A stretch of DNA of 60,466 nucleotides, filler included. It is 7 parts of 7 records of this genome, joined end to end, with 100 filler letters (N's around TTAATTAATTAA, not from the genome) between each part and the next. Parts side by side here need not be neighbours in the genome. Positions count along the whole stretch, not along the records: positions 7,624 to 28,997 come from SRR31147125_122820; 6 more parts are not named here. One strand, given 5' to 3'. Made by a program: the position numbers and the translations under genes. Positions 7,624-22,600 of the stretch are shown here, one piece after another. Each line of letters begins with the position of its first letter. The stretch's first letter is position 1. The notes beneath the pieces are model-generated. The model ran no database searches, was not told where the DNA came from, and worked only from the letters and a program-made list of their open reading frames with translations.

Positions 7624-10600
7624 ACTCCCACATTAGTGGGAGCGACCACATACGAATGGATTGGAAACGCCGATTGTTCTGGGGAGTGGACTCTGACAGA
7701 TCCTTCTGTCTGGGAACCCAGCACAGGGGTTCCGGGTGCTGGGGACACAGTTGTCCTGCCACATCCTGGTTTGTCAGGATGTGATATCACAATTCCCGAC
7801 TCGGTTCGCCTCCCTGCAATCGAACAGGTCTCCCTTCAAGCGGGGGCAACACTCAATATCCTATCCGGTCTCACGGCCACAACCTTCATCCACGACGGCG
7901 GACACGTCAATGGAGGGGGAACCCTCCAGATCGCCACCTCGGGTACCTACCACTGGAAGCAGGGCGATGTGCGTGGAGTGGGTGGAACAACGGTAGTGTT
8001 GGGTGAAATTGTGGTGGATTCGACGGGGCCGGATCTTGTTTGGGTGGAGCGGCAACTGGCTCTCGTCAAGACAGGGATCGGGAATAATGCCATGAATTGG
8101 TTACAAGGAACCGTTCTTCTGGGACAAGATGCTCTGTGGGACCTGCAAGCCACGGTCAATCTCAATCCGAACAGTGGAGGTTCCCTTTTCAAACCACCTC
8201 CTCTACCCTTCAATGCAACGGGTGTCCTGTCTTTCTCGAGTGGATCCACAACTCATCTTGGCAAGAACAATGTTCCAGAAACATCAATTGAGATTCAGAC
8301 AGAGAACAAGGGAACCCTCATCATTGAAGGTCCTTCCGTCTTTCAAGGAAGCGTAGGTGTCCTCACGAACAAGAGAACACTTCAAATTCTGGAGGATAGA
8401 ACATTGCGCTTTGCAAGTCAATCCATCCTCGACAAAGGAAGTGAGACAAGTGGTAATGGTGCCATTCTCGTCGAAGGCCATCTTACAATTGCAGAACGTG
8501 CTTCGTTTGACGTGGTGGGGGCCACGACAATAACGGGGAACGGGTACATGCAGATTGAGAGTGGTGCCACGGTCGCCTTGGGCGAAACGACCATCGTAGA
8601 GGGTGCTGCAACGCTGGAAGATCCACTCGAGTTCGATATTCAGAACCTGATTGTGAAAGATGAAGCGGTTGTCATGCTGAGTGGTGTCGGGAATGTTCGA
8701 GAAAACTGTACCCTTGCGAACAATGCTACTCTGACTGTTGAGACTCAACTCACCGTGCTGGGTACGCTCAATTTGGAAGGAGGAACGCTGGACGGAGATG
8801 GACAGGTTCAAGTGGACGGAGTTACTCGCTGGACGGGATCGTCCGTGTACGGATCAGGAATTCTACTTCTGTCCGAGGGATCTGTCTCAACTATCAGCGG
8901 ATACACACCCAAGTACTTAGCAAGTCGTAGTGTTCAGGTTGCCGGAGCACTCTCCTGGAGGGAAGGTGACATTTATGTCAGTGAAGCAGCCTTGTTCGAT
9001 ATCAAAGACACAAGCATTGTAGAACTGAGTCCGGGAGGGCGCTATGTAGAAACGGACACAGACCCCAAGGCCAAGCTCAACAATCTTGGAAACATTGTGA
9101 AGACGGGTCCCGAGGTATTAGAGATGTTTGTGGAGGTTAACAGTGCCGGCACGATTGATGTCCTGGAGGGAGTGTTTAACTTCTCACGAGGTGGCAGTAT
9201 TTCGGGGGATCTGACATTTGCAGAAGGTACATTTGACTGAGGGACGGGGGGGGGAAAAGAGTTTGCATGCATTCGTTTGATATTGACATGAATTGTCTGT
9301 CAGGTACTGAGATCCTGTTCACCGGAGGAACCATGGAGCTGAAGCCTGTTGCCAAATTCGTGGGAGCAGGTCGTGTAGAGATGGGGGGCGCTTGGGTGAA
9401 GGCCGAATGCCTCTACAATGTGTCGGCGGAAACGGGCGAACTTGTGGTGTCGGGAAGGAAGGCAGATTTCTTATCGACCATTGGGAACAAGATGATGTCA
9501 ATCGGGCGTTCGATTACTGTGACGGGCGGTACCTTAACGCTGGAGAACTTCCCACTGGGCGTCAAGAGTCTCTTTCTCACAGGTGGAGAACTGAAGAGCG
9601 GTGGTACACTGAGTATTGGATCGAAGGTAAACGTAACGGGGGGTACTCATTCAATCACAAACAAGCTCATTGTTGCGGGTACGTAAAGAGGACCACCGAG
9701 AAAGTGAAAGTACATGCGCTGACACTTCCTTTTCGCGCTCGCTCTAGGTGATCTCCACGTCTATGATGGTGTTCTCGGTGGTTCAGGAACTCTCAATGTC
9801 ACGGGGCGGGCATATCTCCACGGTGGAGAGCTAGGAGTCCACTTTGTGAATGCACTGGGAGGACTGAGTATCGTAGATGCCCATCCCAAGAGCATCACCT
9901 ACGGTCGAGTGGTCCTGTTCAAGTCCAGTGTGTGGGAGGACGGAGATCTCACAACACAATACGGTACAACCATTGTGATCCCGGCCAACCTGACCTTTGA
10001 ATACTTGTACGGTGGGAATTTGTATCAACTACCGTCCCCTACCACCACCACGATCCGAAATGAGGGGTGCGTTGTTGTACATTCTGTTGTAGAAAACTGA
10101 ATTGTGCATGTATCCATCCAGAACATTCATTATTCGATCGGTCAATGCATCACATCCCATTGCACTCCAAGCCTTCATTGAGAACAATGGCGGACAAGTG
10201 GATGTCTTTGCACATGCAACATTGGAGAAGGGTGGTTCCTTCAGTGGTGGAGCTTTGACAATTTTCGAAGCGGCCTATGTCACCTTTGCTGGGTCGGAAG
10301 AGGTTGAATTTGCTATGGACTCCAGTTCCGAATTGCGTTCCGAGGGTGGAATGCAGTTTGCTGGCGGTGCGGTAGATATTCAGGGTGTCTTCGAAAACAC
10401 GAACAGTCTTGATATCCAAGGCGGCACCTTGCGCTTCAAGCCGGGTGCATCGTTATCTCGAATTGGTTCCTCGGTATCCATCACCGGAAACGGCGTGTGT
10501 GTGGCAAGCGGTGCTGAAGCAGAAGACGCCATCTACGGTATTCTGGATTTCACATCCAACACCATGGTGGCATCCGACGTTGTTGTGGGCACGTGCGGTC

Positions 10601-13600
10601 AACTTCTTAGCGATGGTGGAGAGGCCGATGTGTCGGATGCAGTTATGCTAGAGTCGGGGTCTCAGGTGAATTGGAATGCACAGTTTGGGGGAACAGCGAA
10701 CATGACCATTCGCGGGGGCACCCACTTCATCAAGAACGTAGAAACTACAGGATCCAGCTTTGCTATGTCCGACGGACGTCTCACTGGAGAAACGGCAACG
10801 ATTGTCTCCCCGTTCCTGTGGGAGGGCGGTCAACTCGAGGGTGCATTCACTGTTGTTGCAAAAGCTGGCGCTCAAATCGATGGTTTTCTGCCCAAGAATG
10901 TCAGTACCGTTCAGCTGGAACTGGAAGGGACATCGCGTTGGACGGGGCAAGGTTCCATTATGGCAACGTTTGCGGCCACGATTGTCCTAAAGGAGGGTGC
11001 GGTGCTCGAGATTGACAGCATGTCGGATGTATCGTTCGAAGATCGTCTGGGCAATCCATCCACACTGGAAAATCGCGGGACGATTCTCAAGAAGAATGTA
11101 AACACAGCTCGCATCGACGTGATTCTCGAAAATAAGGGTGAGGTAGAGGTTCAAGGTGGTACATTGATCTTGGGGGGCGGATCTTTCGACAGCACTGGGA
11201 ACTGGGAGGTATCCGAGGAAGAGGCGCGCCTCGTGTTCACTGTTGCGGGATCAACTGCCGATTACACTATCAACGGAGGCACCATGACATCAGCGGGTAT
11301 TCTTGCATTCACGGGCGGTGAAGTAACGTTTGGGGGCACGCTGAACGTTGCACCAAGTGGCGGGATTACAGTGGGAGGAACGGGGAAGATCAACTTCCTG
11401 GAATCAGCAACCATCCTCTCAATGGGCCACATTACAGTGGAGGGCGGCACCATGACCATTCGGCTGGCTCCTAGTCAAAAACTCAATATCACTGTGACCG
11501 GAGGATTGCTAGATCTGCAATGTCTCGATTTGCATCTCGAACAGGTCAGTATGTCCTGTGGTGAGATTCGCAGCCTTGGTTTTCTGGTGGTGGATGAGCT
11601 CGTTTGGAGTGGCGGCAAGTTTGCCGGACAGGGACAACTGAGCGTCATTGGCCTCGCCACCATTGAAGAGGGAACGTGTGCTACAGATACGGAGATCGAT
11701 CAGATGCATCTTGTCCTCGCGTCAACAGTATTGTACCGTGGTGGTATTCTGAAGGGCTATCGAGCTGCTATCGTGGAGCTGGGTCCGAATGGTATTCTGA
11801 CCTTGGATCAATACAGCACGCTCACCCCGGCAATCGATCACGTAATGTACCTCAAGAACTACGGTACCATAGTTGTCACCGAAAACACCATGGATGTCCA
11901 ATGCATCCTGGAGAACTATGGAAATATCACCATTCACGACGCTGGAACACTCTTCGTTCGCAGCGATGTCGTCAACATCGGGAATGTCCTTGTCAATGGT
12001 ACTTTCCACGTGGAATCCGATGGTTTCGTCGCTCTCAAAGGAGGATCCGGTGTTATGGGTGCGGGAACTATCGCAATTTCATCGGGAACAGTCAATGTCG
12101 CCAGTACGCTCAGCATTACTGGTACAGTGGTTGTGAGTGGTGGACAAGTAGACTTTGCAAGCGAAGCATCCCTGACCAACATTGGAAATCCACTCCGCAT
12201 CACGGGCGGAACCTTGAATTTCAATTGTTTGGATGTGAAGGCGGGATCCATTCTGCTCGAGACGGGAGGAACTGTTGACGCCCTCGGCGACTTTGTTCTC
12301 CCTTCCCTGACGCTTGCAGGGGGAACACTCGAAGGGGCGGCTGGTGTACTTGTCACCCACGACTTTGTGTTCCAATCTGGTTTCATGGCTGGCACAGGAC
12401 ATACGAACCTGGCTGCCACATGCTCAGGCGAGATCTCGCAGGCGTGTACCCTTACAGCACGAACTCTTGTCAATGAGGGAACCTTTAACATCATGGCTAC
12501 GGTCAACTTGCAAGAAGGAGCTACCCTGCTGAATCGTGGTACAATGTCCCTGATTCCGCCTGCTGGGCTGAGTGAGGGGCAGCCGGGAGTGGCTTCCATG
12601 TTTATCAACGAAGGAGTGATGGACGTGAATCGGGGAACAGAGTCCGGCATGCCCCAGATCACATCTTCTGTCCTCATCACCAATGATGGTTTGATTCACA
12701 TTGAAGAATGTGAATTCATTCTCACGGAAAGCAGTGACAGCTCAGGCCAGTTTGATGTGACTGAAGGAGCACTGCTCACTCTGTCCGCGGGGCGTCACAC
12801 ACTGGATGACAATGCCATGATGTTCGGAGGAGGTGGTGTGACAATCTCGGGGGCCGTAACATTCCTTTCCTTCGGTACTTTCGCACCTGGTCACGTTGTG
12901 TTCACCGATGCATCGGATACAAACATCTTGGGGGTATTTAACGTCTCGGGAACGACAACACTGGACGGTGCAGATTGCTCCGTCACGTTCGACTTCAACT
13001 CTGTGCGTCATTCACTCGGATCTGAGGTCCGAATCATCTCTGGTACAGCGGTCTTTGGATTCCAGCATACGAGTGAAGCTCTGGCTCCGATTGCGCTGTT
13101 AGGAAGCTCCGCCACTCTCATATTGGGAAATCTCGAGATCGTTGTCGAAGACTTGGTTCTCGAAGCCGGAATAGTCACAGGAGAAGGAGTTCTGACCATT
13201 TTACGCTCTCTGACGTGGACAAGTGGAAGTTTCAGGAGTACAGGCACAACAAAGATTGCTGCCGATGCAGTCATGACCATTGGTGGAACCGCAGCAACCA
13301 AATCCATGGCCAAACACACGATTATCAATGAGGGCACCATCCTCTACACGGGTGGAGATATCCTTGTCAGTGAGGGGGCTCTTGTGGTGAATCATGCGGA
13401 TATGGTGCTCACGGGTACGGGTACCTACGGGATCCGTTTCAGTCCCTACACAGGTGCCCTGCCGACATTGGACAATCGCGGCCACATTACTGGCAACTTG
13501 GTTCTCACGACTGATAAAGTAGATGTGGAGGCTTTCTTGCTCAACTCTGGCTCTGTAGACATCGTCAGTGGTCAGATTCAGTTCCAGGGTGGCTCTGAGA

Positions 13601-16600
13601 CAATTGGTCTTTTCAATGTATCTTCTGGTGCTAAGGTTGCCTTCACACATGGGGATCACTTCTTCCGGAGTACCTCACGTGTTACGGGACAAGGAGAGGC
13701 AGAGTTTAACAGTATCACAGAATCCAGTGAGCTTTTTGGGACTGTGGACGTTAGTACGTGTGCTCTGGGTGGCTACACAAGTATTTTCGGAGAGTACGAT
13801 GTTCCTGGAATAACAAAAATCGTGCAAGCAGTGGGAGGAGCCCAGGACGGCATTGTTGTATTTGGGTATTCATCTCATGTGCTTGGATTCGGGGCAGAGC
13901 TTCGTGTGGAGGGCTCAACCGTGAAAGTTCTTCAAGCCGACATCCCGGAGGGCAAGTTTTCGCCTATCTTCGTTACTGCAGGAACGCTTGACTTTGGTTC
14001 ACGAGACGTATCCATTGCAGGTATTTCAATGAGCGGCGGAAGCATACGTGTGGAGGGAACCCTCACGGCAAATGGGAACTCCGTACTGAATGGAGGAGTG
14101 ATCGACGGAAAGGGCACCATGATCTTTGCGGGCGGACTAAGTATCACAGGAGACACAGAGATCCGATATACTCGGGTGGTAAATACCCATACCGTTGTGT
14201 GGACGGAGGGATCCCTGTCGATCGGGTACGGTGGTCGTTTTAGTAACAACGCTGGGGGAATCGTTAGCATTCATGCGGACAGTGAACCTCTCAACTTTGC
14301 ATACGATCCCTTGAAGGGAGAGATCGGTATTGTGGAGAACAATGGTACCATTGAGAAGTATGGGGCCGCCCATCCGTCCACTTTCACTGATGTGCTCCAG
14401 AATCATGGAGTGTTCCATATCGTAGAGGGCTCTGTGCATCTGGATATGGGTCAGGAAAGTGATGGAAGCTTTGTCGTGGAGGAGGGATCCCTTCTGCAGT
14501 TCAGCTCCGGTGATCACTTTTTGCGCGAGGAGGCCACCATTGATGGGGCTGGACTGCTATCGTTCGGGCCCTCCGCAGTTGTGAAAGCCTTTGCAACGCT
14601 GGACTTTGGTACAATTGAAACGGTTGGTGCCGCCGCCGAGGTGACTTTCTACTCTCCGGTGCGCGTTGCTACGGCCCTCCTGCAAGGTGGCACGATCACG
14701 GTGATGAACGAATACGAGGCAACCAATGCCACTGTAGTGAGCGGTGCGAGCCTGATTGTGGATACCGCTTCCACTCCGATCTCGTTCGGGCGAGCAAACG
14801 GTCTGACTGTATCGGCGGGGATCGTCACATTCCGTACTCTCCCTCTCGGTGCTCTCGGCCAGCTCTCTGTTGTGGGTACGGGTCATGTTGTTGTGGATGG
14901 TATCACGGGATCCGTGGGAGATGTCACTCTGGATTCACCGGATGCCATTATTACAAGTACCAGTGCACTGAATGCCACGGGTTACATTGTTCTGAACACC
15001 GGTCTGTGGGATGGTTCCGGTGAAACGACTGTTTCGAATGTATTGAGGTTCCGTGGTCCCGTCTACGTGAAGAGTCACACGTTCATCAATGCCGGCAGTG
15101 TGGAGTGGAATGGAAACAGCGACATGTTCTGGGGAGATAGTGCACACCTTATTAACATGCGGGATCACGTTTTCACAATTCATCACACAGGAACGGCATC
15201 TGAAACGTATTCCCTGATCCTGGACAGTGACACATCCCTAAACGTGGCCTTCGTGGAGAATGATGGACTCATTCAGAAGATGGGACTCAATACGGTGCAG
15301 TTGTTCTCGTATGTTCTGAACAAGCACGAGGTTCAGGTGACGGAAGGAAAGTTGGCCTTTGCCGGTGCGGGAGAGAATCTGGAAGTCATCGACTCCGGTG
15401 TCTTTGGTCGAGTTGCCTTTGAGGGAACAGATTTTCTGTTCTCGCCTGGCTCCCTTATGATGGGAGAACAAGATCTCGTGCTGGGGGTCGAGACCGAAGT
15501 CCATTCGGATATCATCCGACAGTCTGTGACGGTCACGAATGGTAAGACGCTCCATTTCTATGGACCCGTTGTTGTCGAAACTCTTACTGTGGAGGATGGA
15601 GCCATTGCGATTTTCCACGGCATGGTCAATATATCCAACCACCTCACCGTGAGCGGGGCAACAACCGAGGTGTGGTTCTACGATGATTCACAACTTGTTC
15701 GTCTGGGCGAGACTCTCACCCTGACGGAGGGACTGCTTTACATTCGGAGTCCAATCGAACTGGTCCCACAGATTCTGTTGTCTGGAGGACAGATGGATTG
15801 TGGAGCAATTCCTCTGCGTGTCCACCGCTTCACACTCTCGGGTGGCGTTTTCACCTCAGACGCCACCACGACCGTTGTGGAAGGATTCACATGGGAGCAG
15901 GGTACACTCACCGGATTGGGCCGTGTGGTGCTGGGTCCTGCTTCACAAAATATCATTAACGGCACGTCGGGTGAGCGAAGGATCTCATACAGCACACTTG
16001 TTCTCCAAGAGGCCGGCACCATGACGTGGATGGTTGGCGATGTAATGGCATCCCGTGGGGCCTCCTTTATCATCGAGAAGGAATCCAACTTCACCTTGTC
16101 TCCTGCCAGCACAACCTGCCTTTCGTTGTTGTTCGAGTTTTCGGATGTACGAACTCATCGTACACAAACGGCACAATTCCTTGTATCCGGAGTCCTCACG
16201 AAGGAAGGATCCGGTCACGCCACAATGGATGCATTTGTGAGGAACGAGGGAGAAATCATCGTTGCCAACGGATTGCTGGAATTGGTTGACGCGAGTCACC
16301 ACACCGGCTCTATTCGTCTCACAACACCCGATGCAACGTTCTCAGTGGTACGCGGAGAACATGTCTTTGAAAGTACCAGCACCATTGAGGGTCCAGGGAC
16401 TTTGGAAGTGTACGATGGGGCGAATGCTCATTTCTACGCTACAGTCACAGTCGATCATGTTATCGTATCCCATGCCGCACTGGCTCAAGTACATCGTGCG
16501 TTCCTTCCCGGTCTTGATGTGCTCGTTCACCATGGTGGACATCTGTTGGTGGCGAATGACACAGAGGCACGGATTGATGGATTCGGATTGTACGGCTTGG

Positions 16601-19600
16601 AAGTCCAGAGCGGCTGGGTTGGATTATATCAACCCGTTGCTGGAACCTTGACATCGGTGCGCCTTACAGGAGGCACACTGGACATGGGCGTCCAGAATCA
16701 TACAGTGGATTCACTCATTCTTGGGGGCGATGATGGCTCGCGCACAGCCACATCTCTCATTGTGAATGGCACTCTATCCATCCAGAGTGTCATGGAGATT
16801 CGTGGAGGTGCTCTTCAAGGAAGTGGCCAGACAGTGCTCTCCCCCACCACAACACTGACGATCGCCCTGGATCATGATGCGTGGATGTTCGGACGCCACA
16901 CCATTCTGAACAATGGAGGCAATATTACATGGATGGGAACATCAAACGTGTTCTTCATGTCGGATGGCGTACGGCTGATTAATCAGGTAGGGGGCAGGAT
17001 CACCATGGACCATTCCAGTGGCAATATTGAGATTCGCCATGCTGATATGATCCCGGAAGTTCCGTCTATCGAGAACTGGGGTACTCTGGAGGTGATAGGA
17101 ACGGCAGACAATCAGGCACATCTCGATGCAGTGGTTGTGCAGCGTCCGCATCTCGAGGCCCGCATCTGTGTGCTGGAGGAAGGTGTGTTGTCGTTTGGAA
17201 AAGACACAGATCTTGCCAGTGCTTTGGATGTTGGATTAAATGCTCAAGTGCAATTCACGAGCGGGGACCATACGTTGCGCCAAACAGCAAGTGTGGGCCT
17301 TTCGGGTCTTTTGCGTGTCCGCGATGATGCGCACGTTACGGTCCAGTGTGAGGTTGTTTCCGCGACGGGGATGCTGCACGTACACGGCCCGGATGCTTCC
17401 GTTGCGTTCCATTCGACAACAGCACTTGCAAGACTGGATGTTGAAGGCGGACAGGTGTCTGCATTCCATGAGATCAGTTTATCGTGTGCCACACCTCAGC
17501 CGTGCACGGTGACTGGGGGCGGATATCTGCTGTTTGGGCGTTACTCAACTCTGCAATTGCCAGCACCTAGTTTGGATATCACTGGAGGGCGTGTTGAGAT
17601 ATTAACACCCACCAGTGTGCGGATTGACGAGCTATCGCTTCATGAAGGCTCTGTGGATCTCGGTTCTGGAGAGAGTACACTGAACAAACTCACACTAGAG
17701 GGATGTAACGTCGATACAAGCACCCTGACCGTGGGCGGGCTGTTGGAAATAGAATCCGAGTGGCACTGGACAGGAGGACTGCTCCTGGGCCCAGGACACA
17801 CAACGATCAGCCAGGGAACCCTTGTTATGATAGACGGTGCGTGTGACAAGTGGATGGGGGGACACCATGTGCTGGACAATAGCGGCAATATCGTCTGGTC
17901 CCAGGGACACATGCAATGGTTTGACGGAGCGAATCTTATCAATCGTGGTGGTGTAAATCCCGGCTTTTTCCAGGCTGTTAACGCAAAGTCTGTGATTGAA
18001 GGACACATACGAAACAGCGACACCCGCCAATCTATTATGAGGGCAGAACGTGGCGGCGACACGTGGGAGGAGGTGCTGGAGATTAATCACTACAAGGGCA
18101 CTGTCTCCCGTGGAGCACTTCGTCATCAGGTGTGGTGGTCCTACGGCGATCCGGAATGCGAACTTCCGACCGGTGTACCTTTTGCGGACCCCGATTTCTC
18201 CGGCTCACTGAGTGGACCCCTGAACACGGCTATCAATGGAGGAAATAGAGATCAATTCTCAACCCACACTTCAAAGTTTATGGAAAAACTTACCGGATAT
18301 GTGAATACGAGTGTCTCGGGTGTGTACACCTTCACCTTGAGTACCAATGAGGGTCATCGTATGTGGTTGGATGGGCGTAACGTGGCAGACAACTGGTCCT
18401 CCAACTGTGACGTGTGTTCGTGTGGTTCGTGCTCGGGATGCGACTGCGCTTCGTGTGAACGGACGTCTTCCTTCAGCACATACCTCGAAGCAGGTGTTCA
18501 CTACTACGTAGATATTGATCACTACAATTGTGACGGTACCTGGCACTGCTGTGGAACCGAGTGCTCCGACACACAGAACAATCTGGCCCTTACATGGGCA
18601 TGTAGCGACTGTGGCATCTCGACGGAAGTTATTCCCGCTTCTGCGATCTCCTATGGTACAGGATATCCTCTCGTTGATTCCGAAGCGCCGTTTATTCAGA
18701 ACGATGGATGGTTCATCCGTCCCAGTGGGGGTCATACCACAGTGAACGTGTTCCTGCTGAACAACGGCCTTGTGTGGACCACAGACATCACGGACGACTT
18801 GGCATGGGACAACTTCGAGTTCCGATTCACTGGCGGTGGGAGTGGATCGGGTATTTGGTGTTCCGACAACGATCAAGTCCTCAGCTTTGCCGACGGGACG
18901 TACGTGTTTGAGGATGCGTCCAACCTCTTCCTCCCCAGACTAGAGAATGGATTCTTCCCGTGCCGACAAGCAAGTCTCACCGGGAATGCAACGGCTGCTG
19001 TGGTGCGGCACGGTCATGTACAAATCTTGGGAACGGTTGACGTGGAGAGCATGGAGTTCGGTGGTGGGGTTACGGAAATTAGTGGTACATACAATGTTGG
19101 GAGCAATACGAATGTGGGGCATCCTGTCGGGGATTGTAGGGCCGGTGGTCATGTGCATTTCTTGCGCGAAGCAACGATTCAGAATTTCGGCAACGATTTC
19201 TTTGAAATTTCTGCAGGATATGTCCTCATTGATGCGCTAAGGATTAGTGATGTGATCCCACGTGTTGATGTGTTGGGAGGTGTCCTCGAACTGAACCGAG
19301 AAGATGTTACTCTTCCACAGATTCGGGTGAGTGAGTCCCAAACCGGTGACTGCCCCGTCGAATCGGGAACCCTGCGTGCCCACGGTACACTGCATGTGAC
19401 TGAACTCTTCTGGCTGGAAGGTGGCCGTGTTACAGGGCACGGAACGACAATCATCACATCCTCGGCGACATGTACCATTGATCGGGGATTGAACAAGTAT
19501 GTAACGGAGCACACATTCCGCAACTTTGGATATTTGGAATGGCGAGAAGGACAGATGTACTGGGGCGATGGAGCAACTTTGGTGAACGAAGTGGACGGAG

Positions 19601-22600
19601 TCGTCGAGATTATGACAACAGGAGTCACCTACCTTCACCATGCTCCTCAAATGACAGCAGTACCCGTCTGGATCAATCGTGGAACCATTCGCAAACTGGC
19701 AGGCGGTGAAGATGTGCATATGAGTGCATTCATCCAGAACGATGGTTATGTCCACGTTGTGGGACGATGGCAACTGAGTCGAGGTGGAGAGAACACACGT
19801 GTGATGCAGTGTGATGGTGACTACTTCAATGAGATTGATCTGGCGGGAGGAGAGTGGATTCTTCGAGAGGGTTCCGTTGTCACGGGCACAGGCAAACTTC
19901 GTTTCAGTACAATGGTCAACGCCCATGTTTTTGGACGGATCGAGACAGAAATATTGGAGTTCACGGGTGGATACACACACATTCGTGGAGAAGTGGCCAT
20001 TCGTAACTGGACCCATGTGGCGTCTTTGGACAATTATGCAGGACATGTGTGGTTCGAACCCGATTCACATGTCCTGAGCTTTGGTGATCGTCTCATTGTG
20101 GAAGCGGGGGAATGCTACCTGAGTGAAGGGGTGGAGGAAAATGTTGTTGATTTTGTACAGATTGCAGGTGGACTGTTGGACTTTGGGTTCGCAAACTACA
20201 CCTTTAATCGCTTTGAGCTTGATGGCGAGCGTATTGACAAGTCGACGTACCTGGCCGAGGGTGTTGTTACGATCCAGGACTTCTATGTCATTGGGGGACA
20301 CATCATGGGGAACGGAACCACGATTGTCCAGAATCAGCTTCTCATGAACGCAGACGGAGATGCCTGGATGGACTATCACACGATTGATATGCATGGAGAG
20401 TTCTTGTGGCGTCAGGGCGATCTGGAGTGGGCCAATGGCGCTACATTGATTATTCGAGAGAGTGGAGTTCTTCGGTTGGAGGACAATCTCTACAAGTCTG
20501 TGAAGTTCCTTGACCACTACAAGCTGGGGACCGAGGTTCCTATGCTTATCAACTACGGAACCATCGCAAAGGAGGGCGAACACGATGCCCAGCTGAGTAT
20601 ATTCCTGAAGAACATGGCCGGGGGTACGATCCATGTCGTGGAGAATTTCATTCAGTTCCAAAAGGGAGGCGTGATTCGTGACGGTGCGATTCTTCTCGAA
20701 GAGGATAGTTTCATGGATTGTTCCGGAGGCGAGCTCTATATTGGTCCCGATGTGACTATTTCTGGTGATGGGATCCTTCGATTCAGCTATGAGGTCCTTG
20801 CAAATGTGTACGGAACCATTATGTGTAATCGTGTGGAATTCTTGGGTGGCATTACACACATTCACGGCCGATACAACGTCCCGGGCTGGACTGTCGTCAT
20901 GGATATGCAACTGGATCGTCCTGAGCTTGGAAATTCTGGAATTCAACTCTACAAGGGCCAAGTCTTCTTCCACAACGACTCGTTTGTAGAGTCATTTGGT
21001 CAGAACTTCACCGTACAAGAAGGCCACGCCTTTGTATATCGTGCCGAACCAGGAGCATTCCATAATCTCTTTGTTATTGATGGTTTCTTTGATATGGGAA
21101 TCACCAATGTCACGATCCCGTACATTCGGCTCGACGCACAAACCGATGGTCCCGACTCCAGTATCTTGAAATCCTCGGCAACCATTACCGTGTCAGAACT
21201 CTTTGAGCACATGGGTGGCACGCTGACGGGCAATGGGACCACGGTGATTGAGAAGCGAATGAATATCTACAATCCCGAGTGCGATGATCTCACGGGAGAC
21301 GCATGCCGGAGCAAGTGGGTGCGCTACCACACCATTCGTAACCGTGGTGCGATCCACTGGACAAAGGGTCACATGCAGTGGGACAACGGCGCCACACTGA
21401 TTAACGAAGAGGGGAGCGTGTTCTACCTCGAGGCTGAAGCCAATTGGTATCTCTATCACTACAACATGCTGAACACATCGGCACCCGTCCTCGTCAACTA
21501 CGGGGACATTATCAAGCGAGGACTGAATCCCGACGCCTGGCAACAAATCACTGTGTATCTGGAGAACCACGGACGTGTTCTTGTCGAGTCGGGTTATTTG
21601 CAACTTCACTTTGGCGGAGTGGGGCATCCCGGATCCGAGTTCCGGACTCTCGGAAACTGTGTCGCGGGAGGTGGAACATGTCTAGACTTCTCGGGTGGGG
21701 ACTGGATCCTGCAGGAAGGTGCCCTTATCACTGGGGATGGAACGCGTTTCAACGGGGCTACGTCGTTCGTTTACTGTCCCATTGAGGCCAACTATGCACG
21801 ATTCACAGACGGAACGACATACTTGTACGGAGCTGTTCGTGTCTCGAATGCGCACTTTTCACCCTTCCCAACCGTTTACATCCTCGGATCCTACGAGGTC
21901 TACAATCAGACAATCGTGCAAGGCGGCGACGTATGGGTGACGGGCACGGCCCAACTCAATCACACGGGAGACTTCTTGCTTCTTGACGGCACACTGCATC
22001 TTCGCGCACCATCTCAGGACGGCTTCCCTCAAGTGTGGACCGTTGGCGGTATGGGGTCACTTGTTGATCCCGTCCTCGACGTCGGAGCGACTCGTGTGGC
22101 TGTACGTGAGCTACTTGTCTACAAGGGAACGGTATTGGTGGACGGGGAGCTCACGGTTACGGGATTCTACGATTTTGTCGGTGGGAAGCTGACGGGTGCG
22201 GGACGGACCATTGTGCAAGGGACCGGCATGTTATGGCACGAGATCAATCCCAAACTGGTAGATGGCCATGTTGTGGAAGTGGATACGCTGTTGCAATGGC
22301 AACGGGGCGACTTGAACATGAGTAATGGTGCCGTGTTGCAGATCAACAAGAATGCCGTCTTTGAAATCAACACGGTCAATCCGGACGTAGTGCTCCTGCA
22401 CCGTGACGGAGAGGCGGGAATTAACTTTGCGGGACAAGTTCCTGTTCTGCTCAATTATGGTACAATTCTGAAGAGGCAATACGGAAGCATATACTCCATG
22501 ACATATCTCCAAACCCACTTGGAGAACTGGGGAACTGTTCATGTAGAGAGTGGATTGATCAGCTTCGAGAACGGTGCTGACTGTCAGGATGGCGACTTTC